64,000 nt of DNA, taken from positions 11,220 to 75,219 of the IMG/VR virus record IMGVR_UViG_3300029288_000150; one strand, 5' to 3'. Under the pieces are notes generated by a model. The model saw only the letters and a program-made list of their open reading frames with translations. It was not told the DNA's origin and searched no databases. Below are positions 1 to 8,433 of this stretch, piece by piece. Both the position numbers and the translations under genes were made by a program. This stretch comes from a virus (Duplodnaviria; Caudoviricetes). Each line of letters opens with the position of its first letter. Positions within the stretch are counted from its first letter, which is position 1.

Positions 1-217
1 GGCAGGCGTCAAACGCCGGACCATCCAACTTAACCACAGGATAGTAATTGCGCCACGCCTCGGCCAGCCGTTGGCCTTCTGCCTGGTCCCATGTGAACAC
101 CACCGATACATGAACCTCATCGGCGGCGGGTCGCCACAGCGGCGGGTCACCTACAAAAGCCAGTGGATCATCTGGCGTCATCGCGGTTTTTCGCGGGAAC
201 ACTCTTAATATTCGCAT
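1..217 (-). CDS. Truncated ORF (runs off window), probable radical-SAM-associated protein N-terminus
   Basis: Not in ORF track; translated by hand from ATG at 217: MRILRVFPRKTAMTPDDPLAFVGDPPLWRPAADEVHVSVVFTWDQAEGQRLAEAWRNYYPVVKLDGPAF..., open to the window edge. Resembles from memory the N-terminus of phage radical SAM proteins; the CxxxCxxC motif would lie outside the window. Confidence 0.5.
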   Translation of the reverse strand, partial: MRILRVFPRKTAMTPDDPLAFVGDPPLWRPAADEVHVSVVFTWDQAEGQRLAEAWRNYYPVVKLDGPAFDAC

Positions 218-239
218 CTCAGCAATCCGTTGTTAGCGC

Positions 240-983
240 CTACACGCTACAAGCGCATGGTAGCCAGCGTGTCAGGTCCATTTGCACCAGGCCCTGCCAT
301 CGCCTGTCCCGCATCTGCTCCAAACTTTGACCATGCGGGTCCAAAGTGGCCCATTTCTGCGAGTGCTCACTGGCCCGGTTTTCAATGGCAATCGCCCGCT
401 CGAATAAGTCAGGATAGTTGAGCCACAGATCGCGCCACTGAGTCAGTGCCTGCCCAGGACAAAAGAAACACCCGGATTTGCGAGGCAGATCAAGCCCGGC
501 CCGTTGGATAATGCGGTAACATTCCGGCCGGTTAATGCCAGCATCGTCTAGGGGATAACGGACGGCGGGATCGTCCCTGACCCGCCGGGGCTCATCGCTC
601 GTGATCCCCAGGCATGACACCTCATAACTGTTCGCCTCCGCCCAGGTAGTAAGCGGGGTTCGTTTGAACTCAACAGAACACCAACGCACGGCCAAGAGCG
701 GGATAATCCCCTGAGTCAGGCAATATTCCTCCAGAGTCAACGCTCCCATTTTTTGCACCTTGTTGCTGTATAGGTGTGAGTGCGTGGCCGGTGACAGGCG
801 CGTGATCTCCAGGCCGCGGGGCCTGAGGAACCGCCGCTCGAAATACTCCATGTAGCAGTAGGTTTCGGGGTGCTCGTTGCCCGGATCTGCAAAGACAATC
901 GGCCCACGCCAGCCCTGTTCAGCAAGCATGATCACCATTGCCACAGAGTTGACGCCCCCGCCGAAACTGACCATCTCGGACAT
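240..983 (-). CDS. PAPS-reductase-like / PP-loop adenine nucleotide alpha-hydrolase family protein
   Basis: N-terminal SFGGGVNS PP-loop, FADPGNEHPETY, RWCSVEFKRTP, KSGCFFCP; GGAG RBS. Lacks the C-terminal ECG motif of true CysH. Confidence 0.8.
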   Translation of the reverse strand: MSEMVSFGGGVNSVAMVIMLAEQGWRGPIVFADPGNEHPETYCYMEYFERRFLRPRGLEITRLSPATHSHLYSNKVQKMGALTLEEYCLTQGIIPLLAVRWCSVEFKRTPLTTWAEANSYEVSCLGITSDEPRRVRDDPAVRYPLDDAGINRPECYRIIQRAGLDLPRKSGCFFCPGQALTQWRDLWLNYPDLFERAIAIENRASEHSQKWATLDPHGQSLEQMRDRRWQGLVQMDLTRWLPCACSV

Positions 984-1173
984 TGTTGCTGCTCCAATCT
1001 CTACAATCGCCGCTATGCCGTTACCTTGCAGGTGCAGCAGCCTGAAGCTGCTCGTACCTCAAGTGGTCTTGGCATTGTCGATCTCCTTTCTCGCTGCAAT
1101 CGTTGCCTTGCTGGACTTAGTATCCGCGATAAATCGCTACGAGTCCAAGGCCAATGCTGATATACGGCCCGCG

Positions 1174-1458
1174 CTAGGCGAACATCTGGCGCTCTACCAT
1201 CATCTGGTAGACCATGCCCCAGAAGTTGCCTGCGCAGTGCTGATACAGCGCAGGCTCGTTGGCTTGCATCCTGCGCGGGTCATCGTAGTTACCGTGGCGA
1301 TAGATCACATCTTGCCACAAATCATCATCGCACATGATTGTCTCGTAGAGCTTGCGGAGGCGCGGCCCGGTCACACCATGCCCGCCGCCCTCCCCCCACA
1401 CGGCCCAACGCTCAATGAAATGGAGCCAATATATGCGGCGTTTCTGTTCCTCAGTCAT
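1174..1458 (-). CDS. Hypothetical protein
   Basis: 94 aa ORF co-oriented in the operon, GAGGGGAG RBS upstream. Confidence 0.6.
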   Translation of the reverse strand: MTEEQKRRIYWLHFIERWAVWGEGGGHGVTGPRLRKLYETIMCDDDLWQDVIYRHGNYDDPRRMQANEPALYQHCAGNFWGMVYQMMVERQMFA

Positions 1459-1543
1459 TGTCGCTTCTCCCCTCTCGGCAATCTTCTCTTTGCGGCAACC
1501 CCCGCCGGGGCTGCCGGGTAGAATCCTTATCGGAAGTTAATCC

Positions 1544-2011
1544 TTATTTCTCTTTCACGAACCATGCTCCACGCTGAGACCCAACCTCTATCCGTGGAGT
1601 GTGATGCAGCAACCACGCAACTTGCTTCCCGATGCCCAGGCCCGCCAGAGGTATCTCGATCTCGTGACCCCGGCGCAAGTTGGTAAGCAAAAACTCGCGA
1701 TAGGTATTACCTGCCAAGAGTACAATCTTGGCACCCCGGGGCACCTCGCGGGCAATTTGCCGTAGCACGCGCTCGGCCCATGCCCGGCGCTGCTCGTGCC
1801 TCATCGTGGTCAGGGTTAGATCGTAGGGAGTGATAACGGCATCGGGCCGCAAGAGGCCGTGCTTGGCAGATAGAATCCACCACGGCCAGCCCGTAGCCTC
1901 AACATAGGCACGCGAGGCCCGGAAGAGTTGCCCGGTGTAAAGGTCTTTCGCGGGCGCAGGGTAAGGCAGTTTTGACTTTCCGCAAGAAACGAGGGCAATG
2001 ATCTCAGACAT
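1544..2011 (-). CDS. DUF6884-like (YaaA-related) protein
   Basis: LVSCGKSK...PAKDLYTGQLF...WWILSAKHGLL...ITPYDLTL...LLAGNTY...PLAGLGIGKQ pattern; overlaps upstream gene. Confidence 0.75.
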   Translation of the reverse strand: MSEIIALVSCGKSKLPYPAPAKDLYTGQLFRASRAYVEATGWPWWILSAKHGLLRPDAVITPYDLTLTTMRHEQRRAWAERVLRQIAREVPRGAKIVLLAGNTYREFLLTNLRRGHEIEIPLAGLGIGKQVAWLLHHTPRIEVGSQRGAWFVKEK

Positions 2012-3347
2012 GGGAATCCTCCACTATTTTGACAGGGACATTGCCACAAAGGCGAATGTTATCCCCGCCGAACAATTCCATCTTGGCCTGGGTAAGACGG
2101 CCGTGCAAGTCGTCTACTTGGTCAACATCGTGCATGTCCAGGGGCAGAGGATCGGGCGGCGGCCAGGTCCACAGCCCTGCGTAGGCCGCCAGAAGTGAGC
2201 GCAGGTTGGCTGCCATACATTCGGTGATGGTGAAAAACGACTGAGCGATGCCCTCCAGGGAGTGCATCTGAATGATGCCATCCATGACCACGGCAAACCG
2301 CTCGCAGGCAGCATCAAGGATCCACCATGTGCCATCCGTCCAGATGCGATCAAGGAGCCCCATGCTCCCTAGCCCATTGATTACCTTGAAATTGGCTTGA
2401 CCGAGACCCCAGAATTGATGATCCGGGAGGAGGCGGGCCAGCTCGGCAATGTAGTAGTGGCGGACGTCACGGGGGATGGGGCCGCGGACCATGCCGCCCA
2501 AGCCGATAAGGGGCGACTTGTCGGCATAGTAACGCATGACCGGATCCTGCGCAGCCCTGCGGGCATTGGCCACAACGCACCGGGCAGCCTCTGAAACATT
2601 ACGCCACGCGAGCCCGGTAACGGTCGCCGCGGGATCCCAACGAGGCCGAACGTGATAGATGGGAAAACACCCCCGTTCCGGGCCAAACCCCATCGCGGTC
2701 ATGGCGTCAAAATACCGAACGCTCTCCGCCTGATCCCCTATCACATCATAGGCAGCAAACCCATCCGGATCAGTTAGCTCAATAGCCTGCAAGTAGCTGT
2801 CGAATGAGACCCATCCGGGAACCGTTCCCGTCCAACGGCGGTAAGCCGTCGAATCCAGAAAAAGAGGCAGCAAGCGGGAGTGACGACCGAACACGCCCTC
2901 GCGGTCTTTGCGCCAACGGAGCCCCCCACTTCCAGTTGTACAGACCACGTAGCTGTAATCGGCAAAATAGACGCCATGTTGCCAGCCTTGGGCCGCGGCC
3001 CTATCTCCCAACCGCCCCCGCCCATTGGCCTCGTCCACCTTGAGCATGGCGGGCAACTCGGGCCGGATGGTGCTCCCCAGGTTGCCCGCCAGGCCGTGCA
3101 TGGCAACTGGCCGGATAGTACTCGCGTCTTTCAGCCCGGCTGCACCAAATGACGCCCGCCGAGCCGCCGTGGTGATGTTGTCGGTATTCACTCCCGCGAT
3201 GCCACAGGCGGCCAGTTTGCCCCGGTGGTCAATTCCGGCAATGCCGTACATGGCGCCCGTGTGCCGATTGCCCCGACCGTCGCTCACAATGCCGAGCATG
3301 GCGCGGTTGCCTGAAGTGTCCAATCCAGCGAGTCCACACTTGCTCAT
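2004..3347 (-). CDS. tRNA-guanine-transglycosylase-like (TGT/DpdA-like) TIM-barrel protein with N-terminal GxAG repeats
   Basis: Motifs in TGT order: LFLDSTAY, AYDVIGD, FPIYH, IGLGGMV, FWGLG, WTDGTWW. Confidence 0.7.
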   Translation of the reverse strand: MSKCGLAGLDTSGNRAMLGIVSDGRGNRHTGAMYGIAGIDHRGKLAACGIAGVNTDNITTAARRASFGAAGLKDASTIRPVAMHGLAGNLGSTIRPELPAMLKVDEANGRGRLGDRAAAQGWQHGVYFADYSYVVCTTGSGGLRWRKDREGVFGRHSRLLPLFLDSTAYRRWTGTVPGWVSFDSYLQAIELTDPDGFAAYDVIGDQAESVRYFDAMTAMGFGPERGCFPIYHVRPRWDPAATVTGLAWRNVSEAARCVVANARRAAQDPVMRYYADKSPLIGLGGMVRGPIPRDVRHYYIAELARLLPDHQFWGLGQANFKVINGLGSMGLLDRIWTDGTWWILDAACERFAVVMDGIIQMHSLEGIAQSFFTITECMAANLRSLLAAYAGLWTWPPPDPLPLDMHDVDQVDDLHGRLTQAKMELFGGDNIRLCGNVPVKIVEDSHV

Positions 3348-3598
3348 GTTGCCTTCCGAGTTGCCGTATTATCGGCACTTCCCCCGTTCCCGGCGGCCCG
3401 TGCCAGGAACCACGCCGCGGCCCGCTCCCGGCCCCGCAGCGCCGGGCAGGCGGCGGCCACCCGTTCGGCCCGGGGCGGCTCCTTGCCGTTGTTGGCCAAG
3501 TAGTCGGCCACCTGGCCCTCGGCCCGGGCCAGCCAGTCCCGCCACAGGCGGCCCACCGGCCGGCGGAGCAGGTCCCCCGCCGTTCCCCCGGGGGTCAT
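3344..3598 (-). CDS. Hypothetical protein
   Basis: Start reassigned to ATG 3598 (ATGA overlap with upstream stop); stop overlaps start of the TGT-like gene. Confidence 0.45.
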   Translation of the reverse strand: MTPGGTAGDLLRRPVGRLWRDWLARAEGQVADYLANNGKEPPRAERVAAACPALRGRERAAAWFLARAAGNGGSADNTATRKAT

Positions 3599-3891
3599 TC
3601 CCGCCCCCCGCGCCGCCGGCCCCGGCTCCCCGGAGAGGCCAGGCGCCCGCTTTCCTGCCAGCCGTCGACGGCCAGCAGGAAGCAGAGCACCCAGAGGAGG
3701 AACAGGTGGAACGCGGCGTCGCTCCGGTCGATGAGTTGGACGGTCGGCCAGAAGCCCCACCACAACGTATACCCCACGCCGGCCAACGCCGGCGCGACCG
3801 CCAGGCCGTCCACCAGGAGCCGCAGCCGCACCCGGAGCGGGACCCGGGTGCGGGCGATGGCCTGCTGCCTGTGGGTCACTCTTCCGCGCAT
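3595..3891 (-). CDS. Small membrane protein
   Basis: Start reassigned to ATG 3891 after GGAGGGGG; two hydrophobic segments. Confidence 0.5.
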   Translation of the reverse strand: MRGRVTHRQQAIARTRVPLRVRLRLLVDGLAVAPALAGVGYTLWWGFWPTVQLIDRSDAAFHLFLLWVLCFLLAVDGWQESGRLASPGSRGRRRGGRE

Positions 3892-4229
3892 GGCCCCCTC
3901 CCGTTCCCCGGGTCCGGTTGTCGCCCGGCCCCGGTTTCGTCGTGGACGGTTGTCCACCCGGGCGGCAAAGAAAAGGGCCCCGCCCCCGGCTCGGCCCGCA
4001 CCAGCAGGCAGCCCGGGGGCACGAACGCCCCGGCCACCAGGTCGGGCTCGGCCTGGCGGAGTTGCTCCAGGGCCCGGGGGCCGATGCCGCCCCGCTCGGC
4101 CAGGATGCGATAGACGAGGAGGTAGGGCATCCCCCACCGCTCGGCCAGGGCCTTGAGGGTCCGCCCCGCTACCTGTCCCTGGAGGCCGGCCAGCAAGCGG
4201 GCCTCCCAGGGTGTTAACTCTCTCTGCAT
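3876..4229 (-). CDS. Cro-like HTH regulator
   Basis: AAGGAG RBS before ATG 4229; TLKALAERWGMPYLLVYRILAERGGIG helix-turn-helix pattern; divergent from XRE repressor. Confidence 0.65.
   Translation of the reverse strand: MQRELTPWEARLLAGLQGQVAGRTLKALAERWGMPYLLVYRILAERGGIGPRALEQLRQAEPDLVAGAFVPPGCLLVRAEPGAGPFSLPPGWTTVHDETGAGRQPDPGNGRGPCAEE
3942..3957. promoter_or_regulatory. Operator-like palindrome copy (intragenic)
   Basis: GTGGACGGTTGTCCAC. Confidence 0.6.
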
Positions 4230-4270
4230 GTTGGTCTCCTTCCGGCGGTCGTGCCGCCTCCCTTCCCGTC

Positions 4271-4286
4271 GTGGACAATCGTCCCC
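4271..4286. promoter_or_regulatory. Operator-like palindrome copy
   Basis: GTGGACAATCGTCCCC just downstream of the cro-like promoter -10. Confidence 0.7.
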
Positions 4287-4289
4287 CGT

Positions 4290-4318
4290 ATTATACACTA
4301 TCCCGCGCCAGTTGTCAA
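4290..4318 (-). promoter_or_regulatory. Sigma70-type promoter for cro-like operon
   Basis: Minus strand TTGACA-17bp-TATAAT, perfect consensus. Confidence 0.85.
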
Positions 4319-4358
4319 TACCAAATGCGACAAATGGCGAAATTCATAATGCTCAACC

Positions 4359-4378
4359 GTGGACAATCGTGGTATAAT
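4359..4378 (+). promoter_or_regulatory. Operator copy overlapping extended -10 of repressor promoter
   Basis: GTGGACAATCGTGGTA (4359-4374) overlapping TGgTATAAT (4370-4378). Confidence 0.6.
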
Positions 4379-4409
4379 GCTTTCAGATGCGGGGGAGCGA
4401 GGGGGAGCA

Positions 4410-4910
4410 ATGTCAATTGTGGGAGCCCGGATCCGGTCGCTCCGCGAGGACCAGGATCTGGAGGTGGGCCAGCTCGCATACAAGGCCCGGGTCAATAAAT
4501 CGTATTTGCACTATATCGAGCGGGGCGAGCGCCCCAACGTGAGCGGGGTGATCCTGGCCAGGATCGCCGACGCGCTCAACACGTCGACCGACTATCTCCT
4601 GGGCCGGACAGGCATCCCGGCCCCGCCCGATGGCCGCCAGGGGCCCGACCCCCGGATATTGCACGATGCCGAGACGCTGGCCGGGGTTTCGCCCCGGGTC
4701 CGGCAATATGCACTGGAAATCTGTGAGATCTTCCAGGAGCTGGAGGAGATCGCCCCCGACCTGCTGGAGCAGGCCGTCAACATCATTGCCACACAGGCGG
4801 AATTCGTCAAGCTGGCAACGACCCAAAAGCCGGCGTCGCCCCAAAGCGGCGCCGGGAAGGCCGACCATAACAACAATCCGGAGGGGGAGCACCAGGCCGC
4901 CGCCACATAG
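4410..4910 (+). CDS. XRE-family CI-like repressor
   Basis: GARIRSLREDQDLEVGQLAYKARVNKSYLHYIERGERPNVSGVILARIADALNTSTDYLLGR (HTH_3 pattern); GGGGAG RBS before ATG 4410; no S24 peptidase domain seen. Confidence 0.85.
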   Translation: MSIVGARIRSLREDQDLEVGQLAYKARVNKSYLHYIERGERPNVSGVILARIADALNTSTDYLLGRTGIPAPPDGRQGPDPRILHDAETLAGVSPRVRQYALEICEIFQELEEIAPDLLEQAVNIIATQAEFVKLATTQKPASPQSGAGKADHNNNPEGEHQAAAT

Positions 4911-4954
4911 GCACCCACACAACCCGCCCACCCTCCCGCAACTGGCAGGGGGCA

Positions 4955-5542
4955 ATGACGCACAAACGAGTTTTGCATCAATCGCTGTCAAACCTGGCCG
5001 ACGCGAGCCTCCACCAGGGCACTTCCGCCCTGGCGGAGGAGACGCTCGGCTATTGCCTGGCCCAACTCCGCGAGTTGCGGGACCAGGCCCGCCGCCGCCT
5101 GGGCCTGGCGAGCCTGTGGGCGGCTTTCTCCGACGCCTGGCTGTTCCTGGCGCCGGACGGGGCGATCCTGGATTGCAACGCCGGGATGGCCAACGCCTGC
5201 GGGCTGCCGGCGGAGGACCTGGTGGGTCACGCCCTCTGGGATCTCGCGCCGTCCGTGCGGCTGCCCGTCCAGCCCGACATGCTGGCGTCGGTGCTGGAGT
5301 TGGGCCGGCCGGTGGCCTTTGAGGCCGGCGCCGCCCCGGGGTGGGCCGAGGTCTACCTCCAGCCCCTGGGGCCCCCGGGCCGGCCGTGGGCGGCCCTGGT
5401 CCTGGTGCGCCACGTCGGGGAGTGGCGGGCCGGGGGCTGCCTGCGCCGGCAGTGGCTCTTTGCCGACGACGAGGAGGGGGCCGAAACCAGGGCGATGCGC
5501 GAACACGGGAGGGAGAACAATGGCGATCTATGTCGGGGATGA
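4955..5542 (+). CDS. Stand-alone PAS-domain protein
   Basis: DAWLFLAPDGAILDCNAGMANACGLPAEDLVGHALWDL is the canonical PAS N-terminal pattern; no kinase or HTH output domain. Confidence 0.7.
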   Translation: MTHKRVLHQSLSNLADASLHQGTSALAEETLGYCLAQLRELRDQARRRLGLASLWAAFSDAWLFLAPDGAILDCNAGMANACGLPAEDLVGHALWDLAPSVRLPVQPDMLASVLELGRPVAFEAGAAPGWAEVYLQPLGPPGRPWAALVLVRHVGEWRAGGCLRRQWLFADDEEGAETRAMREHGRENNGDLCRG

Positions 5543-5978
5543 TCGGGTCCCGGAGGGCCTGTCCTGGCAGGGGTACGGCCTCAAGGTGACGCCCCTGGCG
5601 GTCGTTACGCCGGGCGGGCGGAGCATCGCCACGGCCAACATTGCCGCGGCCACGGTCGAGACGGTGCCGGCGGCCCGGGCGCCGGGGATCGTGGTGGCCC
5701 TGGTGGGGATCGTGGTGGGCGGGGCGTGCCTGGCGTCGGGCGGCGAGTCCCAGGCCGTGGGGCTGGTCTTCGGGGGCGTCTCCCTGGTCGTGGGGCTGAC
5801 CATGGCGGCCCTGGCCCACGAGCGGCACGCCGTCCACCTCGAGCTGGTGGGCGGCAGGGGCCGGCAGGCCCTGGGCTGCCGGGACCAGGAGGAGGCCCTG
5901 GAGGCAGCGGCGACCATCAACCGGGCGGCTGCCTGGGCCCGGGGGCGGCCCGCGGGGGCCGGCCTGCAAGCGACATGA
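5520..5978 (+). CDS. Membrane protein (DUF6232-like)
   Basis: GGGAGGGAG RBS before ATG 5520; beta-rich N-terminus, two TM segments, C-terminal HAVHLEL..GG. Confidence 0.55.
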   Translation: MAIYVGDDRVPEGLSWQGYGLKVTPLAVVTPGGRSIATANIAAATVETVPAARAPGIVVALVGIVVGGACLASGGESQAVGLVFGGVSLVVGLTMAALAHERHAVHLELVGGRGRQALGCRDQEEALEAAATINRAAAWARGRPAGAGLQAT

Positions 5979-6018
5979 TCGGCGGTTCCCCGGGAGGCGG
6001 GGGACTCCCGGGGAACGC

Positions 6019-6060
6019 AAAAAGGCCCCCACCGGATCGTCCGGTGGGGGCCTTTATCTT
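6019..6060. terminator. Bidirectional intrinsic terminator
   Basis: Perfect 16-bp stem AAAGGCCCCCACCGGA/TCCGGTGGGGGCCTTT with A-tract and T-rich tail between convergent genes; a second 12-bp hairpin lies just upstream (about 5986-6016). Confidence 0.85.
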
Positions 6061-6085
6061 AGGGGCGACTGCTCCCTCGCAGCTT

Positions 6086-6880
6086 TTACTTCCTGTTGGG
6101 GTCCCGCATGTAGGCCAGGGCCTGCTCCCGGGCCCAGCTCCAATGCTGGGGGCTGGTGGCGTCTGCCCACGTCCAGGCCCTGTTGCCGCTGGCCTGGCGG
6201 ATGGCATACAGCAGGTGCCCCGTGCTCTTGAAAAACTCTGTTTCCAGGTGGGCGTTGATCGCCCCCAGGAAAGCCTCGGGCAGGGTCGCCCCATCGGGGT
6301 CGGCCGGCCCGGGTTCCTCGGCGGCGGGCGGCTCCGGCTCCGGATCGGGCTCGGGCGGGGCTTGCAGCGCCGCACCGTCCCGGCGCTGCGCCTGCGTGAC
6401 GGCGCAGGTGTGGCCCGGCGCCGGGAGGGCCTCGTCGGTCGTGCGGGGCGGGGCGGCGGGCAGGTCCATGCCAAAGAGGGTCATGCCTTCCACCACCAGG
6501 CCCAGCAGGGCCCGGATGGCCCGCAACTCGCCCAGGACCTCGCCCAGGTCGACGGCGGCCGGGGCCTGACCGGCGCTGGCCTGGTCCACCGGCTCCAGGT
6601 ATTGCACGTCCCGATAAGGGTTGCCGTCTTTGTTGAGTTTGCCCGGCTCGGTATAGTGAGCCCAGAAGCGGGCGTGGACCCGCTGGCCCGCTTTCAGGCC
6701 GTTGGGGTCGATGCCCACGGCCAGCAGGGCGGACAAATCGAACAGGCGGAGCACCTCGAACTGCAGGCGGGTGTCCGTGCTGAACAACTTAACGATGGCC
6801 TTGCCGCCCTTGAACGTCTCGCTCAACTCCAGGGAGCCGATGAGCTCCCGCTTGATTTGACCGTTGCCGTTGTCTGTCAT
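6086..6880 (-). CDS. Hypothetical protein (acidic Pro-rich linker)
   Basis: Start reassigned to ATG 6880 after AAAGGA; good coding composition. Confidence 0.6.
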   Translation of the reverse strand: MTDNGNGQIKRELIGSLELSETFKGGKAIVKLFSTDTRLQFEVLRLFDLSALLAVGIDPNGLKAGQRVHARFWAHYTEPGKLNKDGNPYRDVQYLEPVDQASAGQAPAAVDLGEVLGELRAIRALLGLVVEGMTLFGMDLPAAPPRTTDEALPAPGHTCAVTQAQRRDGAALQAPPEPDPEPEPPAAEEPGPADPDGATLPEAFLGAINAHLETEFFKSTGHLLYAIRQASGNRAWTWADATSPQHWSWAREQALAYMRDPNRK

Positions 6881-6933
6881 GGGGGAGATCCTTTCTGCCC
6901 GGGTACGAGGCCCCCGGGCGGGCACTTCCTCTG

Positions 6934-7434
6934 CTACGCGGCGGCCAGGGCCCCGGCCGGGCGGGTCTTGCCGCCCTGGGGGACCACCTGGGAGCCGTAC
7001 ATCTGGCGCAGGTCGTCGAAGTCCATCTCGCTGTACTTGCGCCTGTAGTCAAACTTGCGCCAGTACCACATGACCCGCTTGGAGTGCCAGGAGCACCCGG
7101 CGGCCTTGAGTTGGTCCTTGACCGGCCGGGTATCGCCCGAGACCCAGATCCAGCGGCCGATGATCTCAATCTCAATCCCCTCCAGCCCCAGGGCCAGGAG
7201 CTCGGCCACCTTGTCCACCACCTCCTGCTCGGCTTGGAAGTCGTAGCGGTAGACGTGCTCCTTGCCGTCGCTGCCCCGGGTGGCCTGCCCGTTCAGGGCC
7301 TCCAGGCGGGCGTGGTAAGCGGCGTTCACTTCCTGCATGGTCCGGGTGCTGCCGCCCCGGTCGGGGTGATGCAGCTTGGCCAATTGGCGATACAGGGCCT
7401 TTACTTCGGCCACGGTCTTGCACCTGTCAAACAT
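6934..7434 (-). CDS. J-domain (DnaJ-like) protein
   Basis: EVKALYRQLAKLHHPDRGG...MQEVNAAY with HPD motif; AAGGAG RBS. Confidence 0.85.
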   Translation of the reverse strand: MFDRCKTVAEVKALYRQLAKLHHPDRGGSTRTMQEVNAAYHARLEALNGQATRGSDGKEHVYRYDFQAEQEVVDKVAELLALGLEGIEIEIIGRWIWVSGDTRPVKDQLKAAGCSWHSKRVMWYWRKFDYRRKYSEMDFDDLRQMYGSQVVPQGGKTRPAGALAAA

Positions 7435-7489
7435 GGTCGGTCTCCTTCAAATGGGGAGCCGCCCGGCTTGCACGCCGGGCGGCTTTGTG

Positions 7490-8137
7490 TTACAATGACC
7501 GTGGTCGGTCTCCGTTTCGTGGGGACGTAGAGGCCGGGAGCGTGGGGGCGCTCCCGGCCTCGTCGTTGGTGGCGTCCTCGGCCTCCAGGCGGGCCGTCTT
7601 GACAAACAAGGCCACGGCCAGGCGATGGGTGCACCAGCCGCCGTCCTGGGGGTCAAAGTCGAGGCAGGGGCAGGTGCCGTTCACGATAAAGGCCGTCCCC
7701 CAGCTCGTCACCCGGAAGTTGCCGCCCCGCAGGGGCTCGACCTGCCCGCCCCGCACCAGGGGCAGGGCCTCCTGCAGCCGCTTGAGTGTCCGCTTGTCGC
7801 CCTTGAACGCCGCCCGGGCCGCCAAGTAGGCCCGGTCCAGGGCGGAGGGGCGGGGCGGGGCGATGGGGGCCGGGTCCCGGAGGCCGGCCTCGACCTCCAG
7901 GGCGGCCTGGCGCTCGGCCATCACCCGATCGACGTCGGCCACGCCGGTCAGCGTCTTGGTGTAGTGGACGGCGCCCCGGATGCTCTCCAGGGTCGTGTAG
8001 TAGGCCAGGACCTCGGACAGGTCCTCGTCGCTCTCGATAACCTGGGGGTCAAGGAAAACCTTGATCGGCGGGTCGTAGCGGGGGCCGTACCTGTCCAGGA
8101 TCAGGCGGGCGGGGTAACTGACTTTCGTCGTGTCCAT
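7490..8137 (-). CDS. SWIM zinc-finger protein
   Basis: CPCLDFDPQDGGWCTHRLAV (CxC...CxH); AAGGAG RBS before ATG 8137. Confidence 0.75.
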   Translation of the reverse strand: MDTTKVSYPARLILDRYGPRYDPPIKVFLDPQVIESDEDLSEVLAYYTTLESIRGAVHYTKTLTGVADVDRVMAERQAALEVEAGLRDPAPIAPPRPSALDRAYLAARAAFKGDKRTLKRLQEALPLVRGGQVEPLRGGNFRVTSWGTAFIVNGTCPCLDFDPQDGGWCTHRLAVALFVKTARLEAEDATNDEAGSAPTLPASTSPRNGDRPRSL

Positions 8138-8156
8138 CGTTGGGCTCCTTTCGTGG

Positions 8157-8333
8157 CTAGTATGGCGCGATTGTGCCATCGGGGGCCACCATCGCGTCGT
8201 CGTAACGATCCGGTTCACCGCTATCGACCCACCGGCCGGAGCCGTGGGCGGAGCTGTACTTGTTGCGCTCCTCGTCCTCGCGGGCGGTGTCCCGTAGCAT
8301 CTGCTCAAAGTCCCGATCCAGTTGATCACTCAT
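8157..8333 (-). CDS. Small acidic protein (58 aa, not in ORF track)
   Basis: AAGGAG RBS; MSDQLDRDFEQMLRDTAREDEERNKYSSAHGSGRWVDSGEPDRYDDAMVAPDGTIAPY*. Confidence 0.65.
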   Translation of the reverse strand: MSDQLDRDFEQMLRDTAREDEERNKYSSAHGSGRWVDSGEPDRYDDAMVAPDGTIAPY

Positions 8334-8433
8334 CGTCTGCTCCTTCTGCGCGTTACGGTCGCGCCCCCGGCCAGTCCTACCCGATGTAGGCGATTGGTTG
8401 TTAAGTCTACTTCGCTAACTAAGTTATGACGCC

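Noticed and set aside
1005-1080. 20-codon ORF after AAAGGAG in the modification operon
   Set aside because: Too short to support without expression data
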